DNA from: Mobula hypostoma | Taxonomy: Eukaryota | Reading direction: 5' to 3' | Assembly (NCBI RefSeq): GCF_963921235.1 | Contig: NC_086097.1 | Span: forward strand, 56,360,001 to 56,424,000 | Length of the DNA stretch: 64,000 nt | Part shown: piece by piece, positions 25,915 through 39,269 of the stretch | Layout of the letters: the number at the start of each line of letters is the position of its first letter | Numbering within the stretch: position 1 is the stretch's first letter | Translations under genes and position numbers: made by a program | Notes under the pieces: model-generated | Databases searched by the model: none | Told to the model about the DNA's origin: nothing | Seen by the model: the letters and a program-made list of their open reading frames with translations, nothing else

Positions 25915-26785
25915 GACAAGTGAGGTTTATTGTTATTTAACTACATATATGTATATAACGTATACAATGTATAGAAACAAGACTTGGAACCAGGGTGTAA
26001 CACATGTAACACACAATAACTTATGAAGGATAAAGTCTGCAGATGATCACATATAAATAACAAACTAAAGTGCATTAATATTGTACTGGAACAGATTAAT
26101 CAACGACACTTCAAATACAATGCAACTGGGAGTTCAGAAGCTTGATGGCCTGGAGGAAGAAACTGTTTCTCATCCTGACCGTTCTTGTTTTTATGCATCA
26201 TAGTCTCCTGCCTGATGGTAGGAAGTCAGAGAGGATGTTGGATGGATGGGTGGGATCCTTAATAACACTAAGGGACCTGCGTATGCAGCGCTCCTATAAA
26301 TGTCCCCGAAGGATGGTAGGGAGACCCCTATGATCTTCTCAGCTATTCTCACGGTCCTTTGTTGGAACGTCAGCTCAGATGCTCGACTGCTCCCATACCA
26401 GATGGAGATGCAATTTGTCAGGATGCTCTCAATGGTGCTCCTGTAAAACACAGTTAAGGTGGGGGAGGGGGAGGGTGGGAGCCTTGTTTGCCTCAATCTT
26501 CTTAGAAAGTACAGGCACTGCTGTGCCTTCTTCCTCAGGGAGGTGATATTAAGGGATCAGGTGAGGTCATCCGTGATGTGAACTCCCAGGAACTTGGTGC
26601 ATTTAACTTTCTCTACAGAGGAGCCAAGTATTCACAGAAGGGAGTAATTTGTCTGCACCTTCCTGAAGTACACAACGATTTCCTTTGTCTTCTCCACGTT
26701 CAGTCTTAGGTTGTTCTTCTCACACCAATCCACCAGCTGCTCCACTTCCTCTCTATACTCCGTCTCGTCATCGTCCTTGATAATT
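25915..26785 (-). mobile_element. Rex1/Babar 3' fragment
   Basis: DETEYREEVEQLVDWCEKNNLRLNVEKTKE; FYRSTIESILTNCISIWYG. Confidence 0.85.
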
Positions 26786-27469
26786 GTGTTATGTAGGGGA
26801 AATCTGAATGCCACATTGCTATGTGATGGCCTAAATGCTATTCAATATTCCAGTGAATAATCCAAGTATTTTTAAGCCTTGCTATATTATATAATTCCAT
26901 AAAAAAGGAACATGCTATTTATCCAGTACTTACTTCTATCTGTGTTCGTAGATCTCACCAACAACAGAGTAGGCTGTTAACGGCCAATTAACCTACACCA
27001 ATCAGCTGGCTAGCTGGTAAATTAATTGGGCATGGTAATTTATTCCTGGTGTATTTGAATGGTAAAGGAATAGGGAGAGCCAATGGACAGATGAGAGAAT
27101 AGTTTACAGGGAACTAAGTGGGAGTGTATGATTGATGGGGGTTGCCTTGGAAGCTGGATGGACTCAGTGAGATGAATAGCCTCCCTCCATAACAAAATAT
27201 GTGCTTTATTTATAAATCATGTCAAAGGTTATCCATATTGTGATGGAATTCTGCCAAGTCTCATCAATAAACTGTTCACAACTTTTCAGTTGCTCTTCTA
27301 AGAGTCATTAAGGATATCCTTTGAAATCTGTAAGAAGTTTACTATGCAGAAATGTTAATCCTAATATAAATCCGTATCAGAAAGCTGCACAGTAAAATAG
27401 CTGTTGCAGCTCGTCAGTGTGGCAATTAGTAATAATAATCTCCTTGAAACATTTGCCCAGAATTCCATG

Positions 27470-29640
27470 GGGCAAGACATGTCTTACTAACTGGATTGAG
27501 AAGTTTACCAGGATGCTGGCTGGATTAGAGGTGATTGAAAAGGGTAAAGCTTTGGATGTTGTCTACATGTATTTTAGTAAGGCATTTGACAGCTAGGCTC
27601 ATCTGGAAGTTTGAGATGCATGGGGTCCATGGTGATTTGGAATTGTCTTTCCCATAGAAGGTAGAGGGTAGTGGTCCATGACTAGTATCGTCCCACAGGG
27701 ATTGCTGTTTAGAAGATTTTCAATGGATACATTAGGCTATAGATCAGTTACAGATGTGGTCAGAGAAATGGCAGATGCAGCTCATTTCGGGAGATCAAGT
27801 ATAAATGACAGTATACACTTAATGGCAGAGCCCTTGATAGTGCTGATGTTCAGTGTTAATGGGATTCATATTCCAAGCTCCCTGAAAGTGACTGTACAAG
27901 TTGATAGGGTAGGAACTATGGCAGTAGCATACTTGCTTCTATTAATTGAGACATTGAGTTCAAGAGTCAGGAAGTTACATTGCAGCTTTATAAAACTCTG
28001 CATCTAGAGTTTTTTTTTTCATTCTGGTTGTCCCATTATAGGAAGAATGTGGAGACCCTGAAGAGTGTACAGAAGAGGTTTACCTGGATACTGCCTGGAT
28101 TAGAGGGCATGTATTACAAGGTTGGTTGTTTTCTCTGCAGTGGTGGAAGCTTAGGGAAGACTGGATAGGAATTTGTAAGATTATGAGAGGCATAGACAGA
28201 CAATTGGATTCTCTATCCTGAGATTGAAATGACAGACAGTATTAAGAAAAACCCCCAAGGCATTCTACAAGTATGTGAACAGCAAGAGGATAAGACATGA
28301 GAGAATAGGACCAATCAACTGTGACAGTGGAAAAGTGTGTATGAAACCAGACGAGATAGCAGAGGTACTTAATGAGTACTTTGCTTCAGTATTCACTATG
28401 GAAAAGGATCTTGGCGATTGTAGGAATGACTTATGAAGGGTGATTGATAAGTTTGTGGCCTCAGGTAGAAGGAGTCCATTTTAAAAACATAGCACATTTA
28501 TTTTTCAACATAGTCCCCTCCTACATGTACACACTTAGTCCAGCAGTCGTGGAGCATACGGATCCCTTCCTTGTAGAAGTGGTCCACAGCAGGGGTGATT
28601 GATAAGTTTGTGGCCTAAGGTAGAAGGAGATGAGTTATAAACTTCAAACTTTCTGCATTATCACTCAGAGTTAAACTGCACGTGCATGTAACGAGAGCGT
28701 CTTGGACCTCCAGGTGGTCCACAGCAGGGGTGATTGATAAGTTTGTGGCCTTGGGTAGAAGGAGATAAGTTATACCGCTCTTGTTACATGCACGTGCAGT
28801 TCAACTCTTTAATTGAAAATGCAGAAAGTTTGAAGTTGATAACTCATCTCCTTCTACCTTGTGCAGAGGAGATTTACAAGGATGTTGCCTGGATTGGGGA
28901 GCATTTCTTATGAGAATAGGTTGAGTGAACTCGGCCTTTTTTCCTTGGAGTGACGGAGGATGTGAGGTGACCTAATAGAGGTGTATAAGATGATGAGAGG
29001 TATTGATCGTGTGGATAATCAGAGGCTTTCTCCCAGGGCTGAAATGGCTAGCAACGAGAGGGCATAGTTTTAAGGTACTTGGAAGTAGGTACAGAGGAGA
29101 TGACAGGGGTAAGTTTTTTTACGCAGAGAGTGGTGAGTGCGTGGAATGGGCTGTCAGTGATGGTGATGGAGGCGAATACGATAGGGTCTTTTAAGAGACT
29201 GCTGGACAGGTACATGGAGCTCAGAAAAACAGAGGGTTATGGGTAACTTTAAGTAATTCTAAGGTAAGAACATGTTTGGCACAGCTTTGTGGGCTGAAGG
29301 GCCTGTATTGTGCTGTAGGTTTTCTATGTTTCTATGTCTAATACTAGAGTGCATGTTATTAAGGTGAGGGGGGTAAATTCAAAGAAAACGTGCAGGACAA
29401 GTATTTTACACAGAGTGATGGAGTCTGGAGTGCACTGGCAGAAGTGGTAGTGCAGATAAATACAAGAGAGGCTTTTAAGAGGCTCTTAGCTCAGCATGTG
29501 CATATGAAGAGATGGAGGCATATGGACTTTAATTTCTAGTTAACTAGTAATTAAAGGCCTAGCTTAGTAGGCAGGACATATCAGTTTAGTTGGCTTTTAA
29601 TTACTAGTAAATTTGTTAGGCACTACATTGTGAACCTGAG
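27470..29640 (+). mobile_element. Cluster of nested CR1 fragments
   Basis: Repeated CR1 ORF2 motifs (VQKRFT..LPGLE, KENPKAFY, TRGHSFK) and tails ending at 29335 and about 29670. Confidence 0.8.
28432..28860. mobile_element. Mariner-like non-autonomous element with reiterated terminal repeats
   Basis: gggtgattgataagtttgtggcct..ggtagaaggag occurs three times (about 28438, 28593, 28728). 28620-28697 is inverted relative to 28777-28860. Confidence 0.7.
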
Positions 29641-30019
29641 TTTCCATTCCTGTGCTGCATTGTTTTCTGTTCCAGGTTTAAAAAGTGAAAATAAAATGCT
29701 TTATTTGGTTTAACTGATCCATGGGACAAATTATAAACACAAGAGATTCTGCAGAATTTGAAAATCCAGAGTAACACACACAAAATGCTGGAGGAACTCC
29801 GAGTACCCCTAACATTTTGTGGGTGTTACTTATGGGACAAATCACCCATTTATAGAAGAAGTACTCAACCAGTAGTGAAGCTACTCGTTACTGATGTTGA
29901 TTGATCTGATTTTGTTATGGGTGCTATGGTTTGGTATAAGTGAGTGGGTAGTGAGGCCACTTCCAAGGGGCTGATAAGATTTTGCAGTGGTCTGGATTAA
30001 CACTCAAGCAACATAAGGT

Positions 30020-32178
30020 AGACCATAAGACATAGGAGCAGAATTAGGCCATTCAGCCCATCAAGTCTGCTCCGCCACTCCATCATGACTGATCCTGGAT
30101 CCCACTCAACCCCATACACCTGCTTTCTCGCCATATCCTTTGATGCCCTGACTGATCAGGAAACTTCCCCACCTTAAATATTCCACCTTAAGTCTGTGGC
30201 GGAGCATTCCACAGATTCACTATTCTCTGGCTATAAAAAAAAATTCCTCCTTACCTCTGTTCTAAAAGATCATCCCTCAAGTTTGAGGCTGTGCCCTCTA
30301 GTTGTGGATACCACGGCATGGGAAACGTTCTCTCCACATCCACTCTATCTAGTCCTTTCAACATTCAGTAGGTTTCAATGAGATACCCCCCGACCCCCAT
30401 TCTTCTAAGTTCCAGTGAGTACAGACCCAAATCTGCCAAATGCTCCTCATATGTTAACCCAGTTTATTCCCGGACTCATCCTCTTGAACCTCCTCTGGAT
30501 TCCGACGACCAACACATCCTTTCGGAGATATGGGGCCCAAAACTGTTGACAATACTCCAAGTACAGCATAAATAGTGTCTTATAAAGGGTCAGTATTATG
30601 TCCTTGCTTTTATATTCTACTCCCCCTGAAATAAATGGCAACATTGCATTTGCCTTCTTTACCACAGACTCAACTTGTAAATTAACCTTCTGGGATTCTT
30701 GCACAAGGACTCCTAAGTCCCTTTGCACCTCTGACATTTGAACCTTCTCCCCACTTAGATAATAATCCACACTATTGATCCTTTTACCAAAATGCATTAT
30801 CATACATTTCCCAACACTGTATTCCATCTGCCATTTTTTGCCCATTCTTCCAATTTGTCTAAGTCCTGCTGCAATCACATTGCTTCCTCAGCACTACCTA
30901 CCCCTCCACCTATCTTCGTATCATCCACAAACTTTGCCACAAAACCATTAATTCTATTATCCAAATCACTGACAAACAATGTGAAAAGTGGCGGTCCCAA
31001 TATTTACCTGTGAGGAACACCACTAGTCACCGGCAGCCAACCAGAAAAGGCCCCTTTTATTCCCACTCGCTGCCTCCTGCCTGTCAGCTATTCCTCTATC
31101 CATGCCAGTATTTTTCCTGTAACACCATAGGACTTTATCTTGTTAAGCAGCCTTATGTGTGGCACCTAATCAAATGCCTTCTGAAAATCCAAGTAAATGA
31201 CATCCTCTGTCTCTCTTTTATTCACCCTGCTTGTTAATTCCTCGAAGAATTCTAACAGATTTGTCAGGCAAGATTTTCCTTTACAGAAACCATGCTGACT
31301 TTGACTTATTTTATTATTAGTCTCTTAGTAACCCAAAACCTCATCCTTGATAATCAACACTTTCCCAACCACTGAGGTTAGGCTAACTGGCCTATAATTT
31401 CCTTTCTTTTGCCTTCCTCCCTTCTTAAATAGTGGACTGACATTTGCAATATTCCAGTCCTCTGAGACCATACCAGAATCAAGTGATTCTTGAAAGATCA
31501 TGACCAATGCATACATTATCTCTTCAGCAACCTCTCTCAGTACTCTGGGATGTAGTCATAGAAACATAGAAAACATAGTCCATCTGGTCCAGCTGACTTA
31601 TCCACCTTTAAGACTTTTGAGTTTGCCTCACACTTTTTCCTTTGTAATAGCAATGGCACTCACTCTCACTCCCTGACACTCACGGACCTCTGGCAATCTG
31701 CTAGTGTTTTCCACAGTGAAGACAGATACAAAGTACCTATTTAGTTCATCTGCCATTTCTTTGTCCCCATTACCACCTCACCAGCATCATTTTCCAATGG
31801 TTCAATATCAACTCTCACCTCCTTTTTAATCTTTATATAACTGAAAAAAAGCTTTTGGTATTCTGCTTTATATTATTGGCTGGTATGTCCTCATAGTTCA
31901 CCTTTTCCCTTCTTATAGTTTTTTTAGTTGCCTTTTTTTGGATTTTAAAAGCTTCCCAATCATCTAACTCCCACTCACTTTTGCTACCTTATATGCCCTT
32001 TCCTTGGCTTTTATGCAGTCCTTAACTTCCCTTGTCAGCCACAGTTACCTACTCCTGCTATTTGTAAACAACTTCTTCTGTGGGACATATCTATCCTGCA
32101 CCTTGTGAACTACTTCCAGAAACTTCAGCTATCTCTGCTCTGCCATCGTACTTGCCAGTAATTTCCTCCAATCCCCTT
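30020..32178 (-). mobile_element. CR1 LINE ORF2, degenerate
   Basis: EDWNIANVSPLFKKG..GNYRPVSLTSVVGK; KWQMEYSVGKC; QFWAPYL; 3' tail at about 30020. Confidence 0.92.
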
Positions 32179-32179
32179 A

Positions 32180-32590
32180 ATTCATGGCTCCATCTGTCTA
32201 GGTAGACAATGGATGTGCCCGTCCGGGGTGCAGACCTGGGCAATGAATATGGAGATCCTGGGCTGCCCAGACATCAAGATCTCCCTCTCGGCCTCGCGGA
32301 TGTGGTCCAAAGGAATGTGAAGCAGTACATTTGGCATCAACTTTGGTGCAGGAGTTGCCGGGAGGTGACGTAATACATCATCCAACCACCTTCGGGGCTC
32401 CACTCTGGATTTGTGTAGGGTTTACTCTTTAGCCTTCTCTTCTCCTGAAGATACCCACAAGGCAGTGGGATCCGTAACCCTAGATAGGGGCCCATACCGG
32501 GTACTGTCAGCCGGAGCCAGCTGAGCCCGGGACTCGTGTAAGGCAGGGTCGTCACGCCCTGTAGTAGTGACATATGGAGCCACTACCCAC
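32180..32590 (-). mobile_element. Probable RTE 5'UTR-derived repeat
   Basis: CpG-rich block with ggagaagagaaggct..gtaaaccctacacaaatccagagtggagccc on the minus strand. Confidence 0.35.
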
Positions 32591-35199
32591 TACCCAAAAT
32601 CCCCTTAAACAGACCAGTGAAGTAGTTGTTTTATTATAATAGAATCATAGTCACTATGTCTAGTTATATTCCTGATTTTGTAATTGACTGAATACAATTC
32701 CCTAGCTGTTTTGATTGAATTTTAACATGTTTAAACAAGGTCACTAGCAACCATTTGTTATTAAATGAAAATCAAGCTATCATCCTAACCTCCAAATAAA
32801 CTACTCATCTTCTGTCTCCTTTCTCTCTCCTCCTGATCTACTCAACCTCAATCACTATGATCCACACTCTCCATCTGCCGCTTCTCCAATCTCCTTTGAC
32901 TCCACTTGACTGTCCTCACCTCATTCCCTTGATTCAAGCCGCACCTTCCTCTTGTTATCAGATTGCATCATTGAACATGGGGCAGTACAGCACAGGAACA
33001 GGCCCTTCACCCGCAGTGTTGTGCCAAACCAAATAAGCTAGTCCCTTACGCCCACACAAAGTCCCCTGTGCCTGTACAAAGTCATCATCTTCAGCCCTTT
33101 GTCATTTCCACCTAGTGCCCTCAGCTTCTGGCAGTACTCCCACTCTGCTCACCTGGATCCAGTTTATTATACAACCTGGAAACCACAAATCCCTTGTTAA
33201 TAGCCATAACTCTTGAGGTTTATTTTAAGTCCTACACAAAAATAAGGCTGCCAGACTTGATTCTGCTTTTAACTTTTTGTGTCATTCAAAGATATGATTG
33301 AAAAATAACTATTCTGTTACTACAAATATATCTTCACTGTTTGATATATGTCCCTAAATGTTTAATGCACGATTAAATGAATGCATTTTAATTCTAATAA
33401 TTAAACAGCATCAATTTATCAATTGCATCAGACTATACAAAGAAACTTTAAGCTTAATTTACCAGAATAAAAAGGTTGTCCTGATAGTTCTGAATCATCA
33501 GAACAAGATGCCTTTATGAATATATAGCAAAGGATTGAATAAGCAAATCAGTTTCCCTAATGGTGAGCTATGAAAGTTCTGTTTGTGTTCCTGCTCTACA
33601 GAATAATGGTCTCTTGATAAATCAGTATATCTTCACCTTAGTAAAATCAGTGTTGCTGTATTATGACAATAACACTATTGTTACAATGTACAAGGAGAAA
33701 ACTAAATATGTCAGTGCCAACTACCCTATCAATAAGAATCAGACCTATTACGTATATTTTTGTGGTGATAATCAAACAATATTTAATATATATATATTAT
33801 ATATAATATTGGCTCACTTATAATCTGCAAATTCCTTTTACGCAATTTGTACTTAAGAAGTTTTTAATGGTGCCTTGACTATTTCTGGCTGATCACTAAT
33901 TGACATTTCCAGTTGGTTGATGCTTTAGTACTATTCTTTTACAGCTTTGTTATTGTCATGCCAATATTATTTTTAACCTCTGAAATTCTAGAAACTCCCT
34001 TCAGAGGACTTCACTAATTAGACTCCGGTATTTGACGTAAACTGCTCAATTAACCTTTTGCTAGAGAAAATTAATTCTTCAACCCGTTGCATAATGTTGA
34101 TTCTTGCAGCACAGTTCATATCAATGTTGACATGTATCTGATTATGCTCACTCAAAAAAAGTAACGATCCTTAGTTTTCAACATTAACTGAGCCCACATA
34201 TCTTTTGCAATGGTGATGTCTGCATTGTTGGCTAATAATAGGAAAGTCTCAGAATATTAGAGTCTTTGATCCTAGAATCATTTTCTCATAGCCCTTTAAT
34301 GGCAGTGTTTAGCAACTCACAACCTTCCTCAAATTAGATGCCACCACAGTTTAATTTTGTAACTTTAATTTCTGATGATTACCATATGGCATTTTAAGAT
34401 TATTTTTATTTGGATACCCTGATTGGAGAAGTTTGAAATATAACTTATGCTTTGTGCATTTCTTAAGTATAATGTATTCTTTTATTGCTTTCCAACTGAT
34501 TCTATGTCTGATCATTGGAGGCAATTCACACAATCAGAAAGATATTCTGATAATCCGTGGATGGAATCCTTGGTTTTGACTGTCTATGATTTGTTTTGCC
34601 TTACAGACAACCATTGAAGCAAGGCCAGCAAGACACCAAAAGCCTGCAAATATAAATGGTAAGTGCATCCATGGATGCTTTGTGAGATGTAAGTGCAAGG
34701 CTCAGACTAGGCCCAACATCATCTGGCTCATTTTATCCAAAATCACCATGTTCTGTGGTGCTTTTGCTCCTGATGATCTGCAGTGATGCATTCTTATCTG
34801 GTTTTCATCTTATTACTGCTGCCTTCTAGATTTTTTTTTATTAAGTGCAATTGTGAATAATAGCCAGATCAGAAATGCTGATCAAGTCAACTAGTTCCCA
34901 AAGACAACTCTGATAGGCCAGTCAGATGGTTCACTGCTGCTCAGTGATAAAACACAAAAAAAAAATCATATGTACAATTAAGAAATATGTACAATTTACT
35001 TAGTCTTGACTTACCATGGCAATGAGATAGAAGATCTTCTGGTGTGGAAAATATCTGTGAAATATCCAGTCTTGATCTGCCAATGCAACTTCCAAAGATT
35101 CCCTAAAATGTATTTATCTTCCAAGATATTTAAGTTGTAACATATGACTGAAGGTTAAATGGCTAACTGTATACTGCCATCACCAACTTTTCTACATCA

Positions 35200-35625
35200 T
35201 GATAATATTGCCTCTTAATTGATAATTTTACCAGAACCAGTTAACCAGCAACCAATTACCACTAACATATCACCTGTGAAACCAGAGGAGCCAACACACT
35301 TGACCACTGTTAAACCACCATCAAGAATGCTCACTGTGCCATCCCATGTCCAATCACCTGGCTGTATTTCTACCTCCAGCATACAGGGAGAGACTAATGA
35401 CCTGTATCATCAGTGGTGAGGACAACAAAGGTATGGTCAAAGGAGGTGGAGGAGTGCTTACAGGACTGCTTTGAATTGGTAAACTGAACAATATTCAGTG
35501 ACTCACCTTCGAATCTGAATAAATATTCCACAGTTAGACCTGTGTGTATGAGTGTGTGCCTTCAAGAACATACCAAACCAAAAACTGGGCATGAATCAGG
35601 AGATTCACAGTTTGCTGAGGGCTAC
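35200..35625 (+). mobile_element. Rex1/Babar fragment abutting the end of CCDC198 exon 6
   Basis: ggtcaaaggaggtggaggagtgcttacaggactgctttgaa and MNQEIHSLLRA, homologous to 19870-20100 (-). Confidence 0.75.
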
Positions 35626-35844
35626 ATCAAACATTAGGATTCACTCAGTCTTAGTTCTCATCCGTCTGTGCTGAGATTGACTGGCATCCATCCAGCAATC
35701 CAAGAACTGGTTACTGGAGCTGTTACTAAAAATGTCCCTCTGTCTAATGCTTACCAATTTGTTTAGGTAATCTAATATGGTTACCATCGCTGAAGTTATT
35801 AGTTATGGAGAACATCAATGAGGTCAAATCATTCTATGAAGTAC
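35622..35844 (-). pseudogene. CCDC198: CCDC198 terminal exon 6, decayed
   Basis: Acceptor ttttgtgttag. Phase-1 frame reads TS*NDLTSLMFSITNN (TAG 35836-35834). Another frame then reads ILDYLNK..DIFSNSSSNQFLDCWMD..RMRTKTE*ILMFD (TGA 35643-35641), matching the C-terminal RTxTERIPLFD motif. Confidence 0.75.
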
Positions 35845-36149
35845 CTAACACAAAATAATTATCCAAAATATTACCACTTTATTATTTCTTTAAAGTGATA
35901 CAATGGTGCTTCTAAATCTTTAAATAGAAGATTATAGATATCCAGTTGCATTATGTTGGAGAAATGCTCCATAGCCTGCATCAACAAAATGAAAATCAAG
36001 TCAATCACAGCTACTTTTTTTAGGTACTCACAACATTGCATTAGCATTGTCAGCATCAGCTAATGTAACTGAGCCTATGAATTAAAGTCCAGATACATGG
36101 TCACGGTGCGTTTATGAAACAGAACTTTTCTGTGGGACTGGAAACACCC

Positions 36150-37660
36150 CCTCCACAATCCTACTGCATTGTTAAGGACTTCTCCCATCCATCACACAAT
36201 TTATTTGACCTATTACAGTCAGGCAAAAGGTACCACAGTATAAGAACGAGGACTGTTAGGCTGGGTAACAGCTTCTTCTCCCAGGCTGTGAGACTTCTGA
36301 ACACCCTGCTACCACACAGTACCCATTATTTATGACAGCGACAGTAGTATTATACTGTTGTACAATGTACTTAACTATATGTCGTATACACACTTTATGT
36401 CAATTTGTACATCTACAGAATATTGTTTATATTATCTGTCAATATTATTGGGTTAACATTAATTTGTGTTGTATGTGATATATTGTATGTATTGTGTTTT
36501 GTACCTTGATCCCAGAGGAATGTTGTTTCATTTAGCTGTATGCATGTGTACAGTTTGAATGACAATAACTTCTACTTCCACCTTAGCATTGTGGCCAAGT
36601 CTACAGATGATATGAAGATAGGTGGAGAGGAAGGTTGTGTTGAGGAAGCAAGGAGTCTGCAGAAGTACTTGGACAAATTAGGAGAATAGGCAAAAAAAGT
36701 GTCAAATGGAATACAGTGTAGGGAAGTCTATGGTCATACACTTTGGTAGAAGAAATAAAGGCACAGACTATTTTCTAAATGGGGAAAAATTCAGAAATCA
36801 GAAGTACAAGGGGACTTGGCAGTCTTTGTGCAGGGTTCCTGCAGAATCAATTTGCCAGTAGTAAGGAAGGCAAAAGCAATGTTAGCATTCATTTCCAGAG
36901 GACTAGAATATAAACACAAGAATATAATGTGGAGGCTTTGGTCAGACCACGTTTGGAATATTGTGAGCAATTTTGGGCCCCATATCTAAGAAGGGAGGTA
37001 CTAACATTAGAGAGAGTCCAATGGTTTAGGAAAATGATCCCAGGAATGAATGGGTTAACATATGAGGAGCATTTAATGAGGAGTTTTGAAGAATGAGCAA
37101 CAAGGGAAAGGCTGAGCCCAGATTTATAGATCTCAATCTAGCCCATGGTCTTTCATCATCATTTACCAGAATTATAAATAAGATTCACAGAAGGGCCAAA
37201 TATTTTGATTCGTTTTCAGAATTGGAAAGAACTTATTTCTGCAAAGGTATATTAGGACCACCTAGGTCATGATCTCTTCTCGCTGCTGCCATCGGGATGA
37301 AGGTATAGGAGCTTCAGGACTCACTACCAGGTTCAGGAACAGTTATTACTCCACAACCATCAGGCTCTTGAACCAATGGGGAAAACTTCATCCAACTTCA
37401 CATGCCCCATCATTGAACTATTCTCTCAACCAATGGAATCACTTTCAAGGTCTCTTCATCTCATGTTCTTGATATTTATTGCTTTTTTTCCTCTTTTTTA
37501 TTTGCACAGTTTGTTCTCTTTCGCACATTGGTTGTTGTTCCGCCCTGTTGGGTACGGTCTTTCATTGATTCACTGAGTATGCCCGCAAGAAAACAAATCT
37601 CGGGGTTACATATGGTAGCATACAAGTATTTTGATAATAAATTTACTTTGAACTTTTGAA
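36150..37660 (+). mobile_element. Rex1 3' end (36150-36570), CR1 fragment (36590-37095), Rex1 3' end (37255-37660)
   Basis: SHPSHNLFDLLQSGKRY..RLGNSFF; CR1 QFWAPYL-like segment; TTRFRNSYYSTTIRLLN. Confidence 0.75.
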
Positions 37661-38578
37661 ATACTTTATTTCCGCAGCTGCGAAAGGAGTTAAAGAGGAT
37701 TGAATAACATTAAAAATTAAAACGATCAACTCTTGAGAAACAGTGGGTTACTGTAGGTGGCTCCAACTGAAGAACTAACATTAATATACGTCCAACTGGG
37801 CAAATGGTCTCAGGTACAGTAATTTCTCCTCTCTAGTTCTTCAACATCTTACACTATGTTCAAACAGTAATTTTCACATATTTTGCTGTCTTGACTAACG
37901 CCCACATCATGAACTACCTTCAGCACTAGTCTAATCAACTTAGTCCAATATTTGTCATTATGCCTCTGGTTATATTGCATGATTACCCATCTGATTCCAA
38001 AGCAAAAGTTCTATTTGGAGAAAGACTAGTAATTTTTAATAAAGAAAACCCAAGTAATAATTGATTTTTCCCTCATATTACCATTTTTTAAATTATTTAT
38101 ACTTATTTTAAACTAACATTTAATAGAACTAGAAATATTTTAGCAACAGCTTCCGTCATTCTCTCATGAGGATGACTATCTATTTACATTTAACACATTC
38201 ATTGCAAATTAATTTGAACATGGTTATTTATATGACTTTAGCTACATTTCAGTTGTTTGTGCTTGGAGAGGGAGAATAATATCAGTCCAAGCCAGCAAAT
38301 ATGTATAAACATGAAAATATGCTTTGTGCATTCCTGCAAAATGGATGATTTCTACAATGTAAATCCTCTAAAAAAAAAATTACCTATGCTGTCCAATTTT
38401 GAGTGGGAATGGGTAGAAAATTAACAACACTATCTAAAATACATTGGTGAAATACTCTGATGCTGTTAAGATTCTATGTATATCCAAGTACACATTAACC
38501 AAGTTCATTTTGATATGATCATATGACCAAGTAGCAATTTATTAGTTTCTTTGCATTCTATCCACAGGAATACTTTAC

Positions 38579-38767
38579 TTTCCATAATCTGCACTGAAAA
38601 TGTCCTTAAGTTCTGTTGCAATGTGGTGTTGATCTTCTTGATGATCATTAGTTTGACCATTTCCTCTTGATATATTGGCTCTCTGACCCTTTCTTTTCTG
38701 TTTATTATTTTTGAGTTTCCTTTTGGCAATTTATCATTAGTTCTGCTTGATCATGTCGACGAATTAT
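38579..38767 (-). pseudogene. CCDC198: CCDC198 exon 5, frameshifted
   Basis: Acceptor tttctctgaacag. Phase-0 reading IIRRHDQAELMINCQKETQK* stops at 38707-38705. The +1 frame continues NNKQKRKGQRANISRGNGQTNDHQED..., which resembles human INKQ...RNDDHD. Weak donor AAA|gtaaag. Confidence 0.7.
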
Positions 38768-39269
38768 CTGTTCAGAGAAATCAATAAACCATGATCACTG
38801 ACTGTTATGAAAAAATAAATAAACTTCTGAATGACCAAATGAATACAAACTAAGACACACATAAAGAGCATGTCTACTAAATTATGCGAAATGCCAATTA
38901 TGCTACATTGTTATACATGAATTGGCACAGGGTGATTCAGTATCACTGCAGTTATAATTATTCTCAACTTAGCTTTCTCTTTACCTTGTACCTTTCTCAG
39001 GAATTTGTAATTAAATTTATGATTCCAAGAAAAAGTTTAAATTTCTGGTACAGATGGTATATTACACATAGAAAAAACTAGGATGGACAAAATAAGGTTT
39101 CTAATTTATAAATAAGTATGAACAAACAGCAGATAACACAGCACTGGTACACAGTTAAGGCATTCCAATGTGCAGGAGAGAAAGAAAAACAGAACAAAAC
39201 TTTGGAACAAGTGAGAAACTAATGTTTAAAGAAATGACAGATTAAATAATTATTATTTTGAAAAAACTG

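Noticed and set aside
28438..28765. Three spaced direct repeats of about 37 nt resembling a CRISPR array
   Set aside because: Spacers are about 100-120 nt and partly repeated or inverted; the context is eukaryotic and has no cas genes; a mariner-derived element explains it.
38505..38729. ORF (L)PKGNSKIINRKERVRE... as an intact exon 5 frame
   Set aside because: Not reachable in phase 0 from exon 4 through any nearby acceptor. It could still contribute if the indel lies elsewhere, but it does not rescue the ORF.
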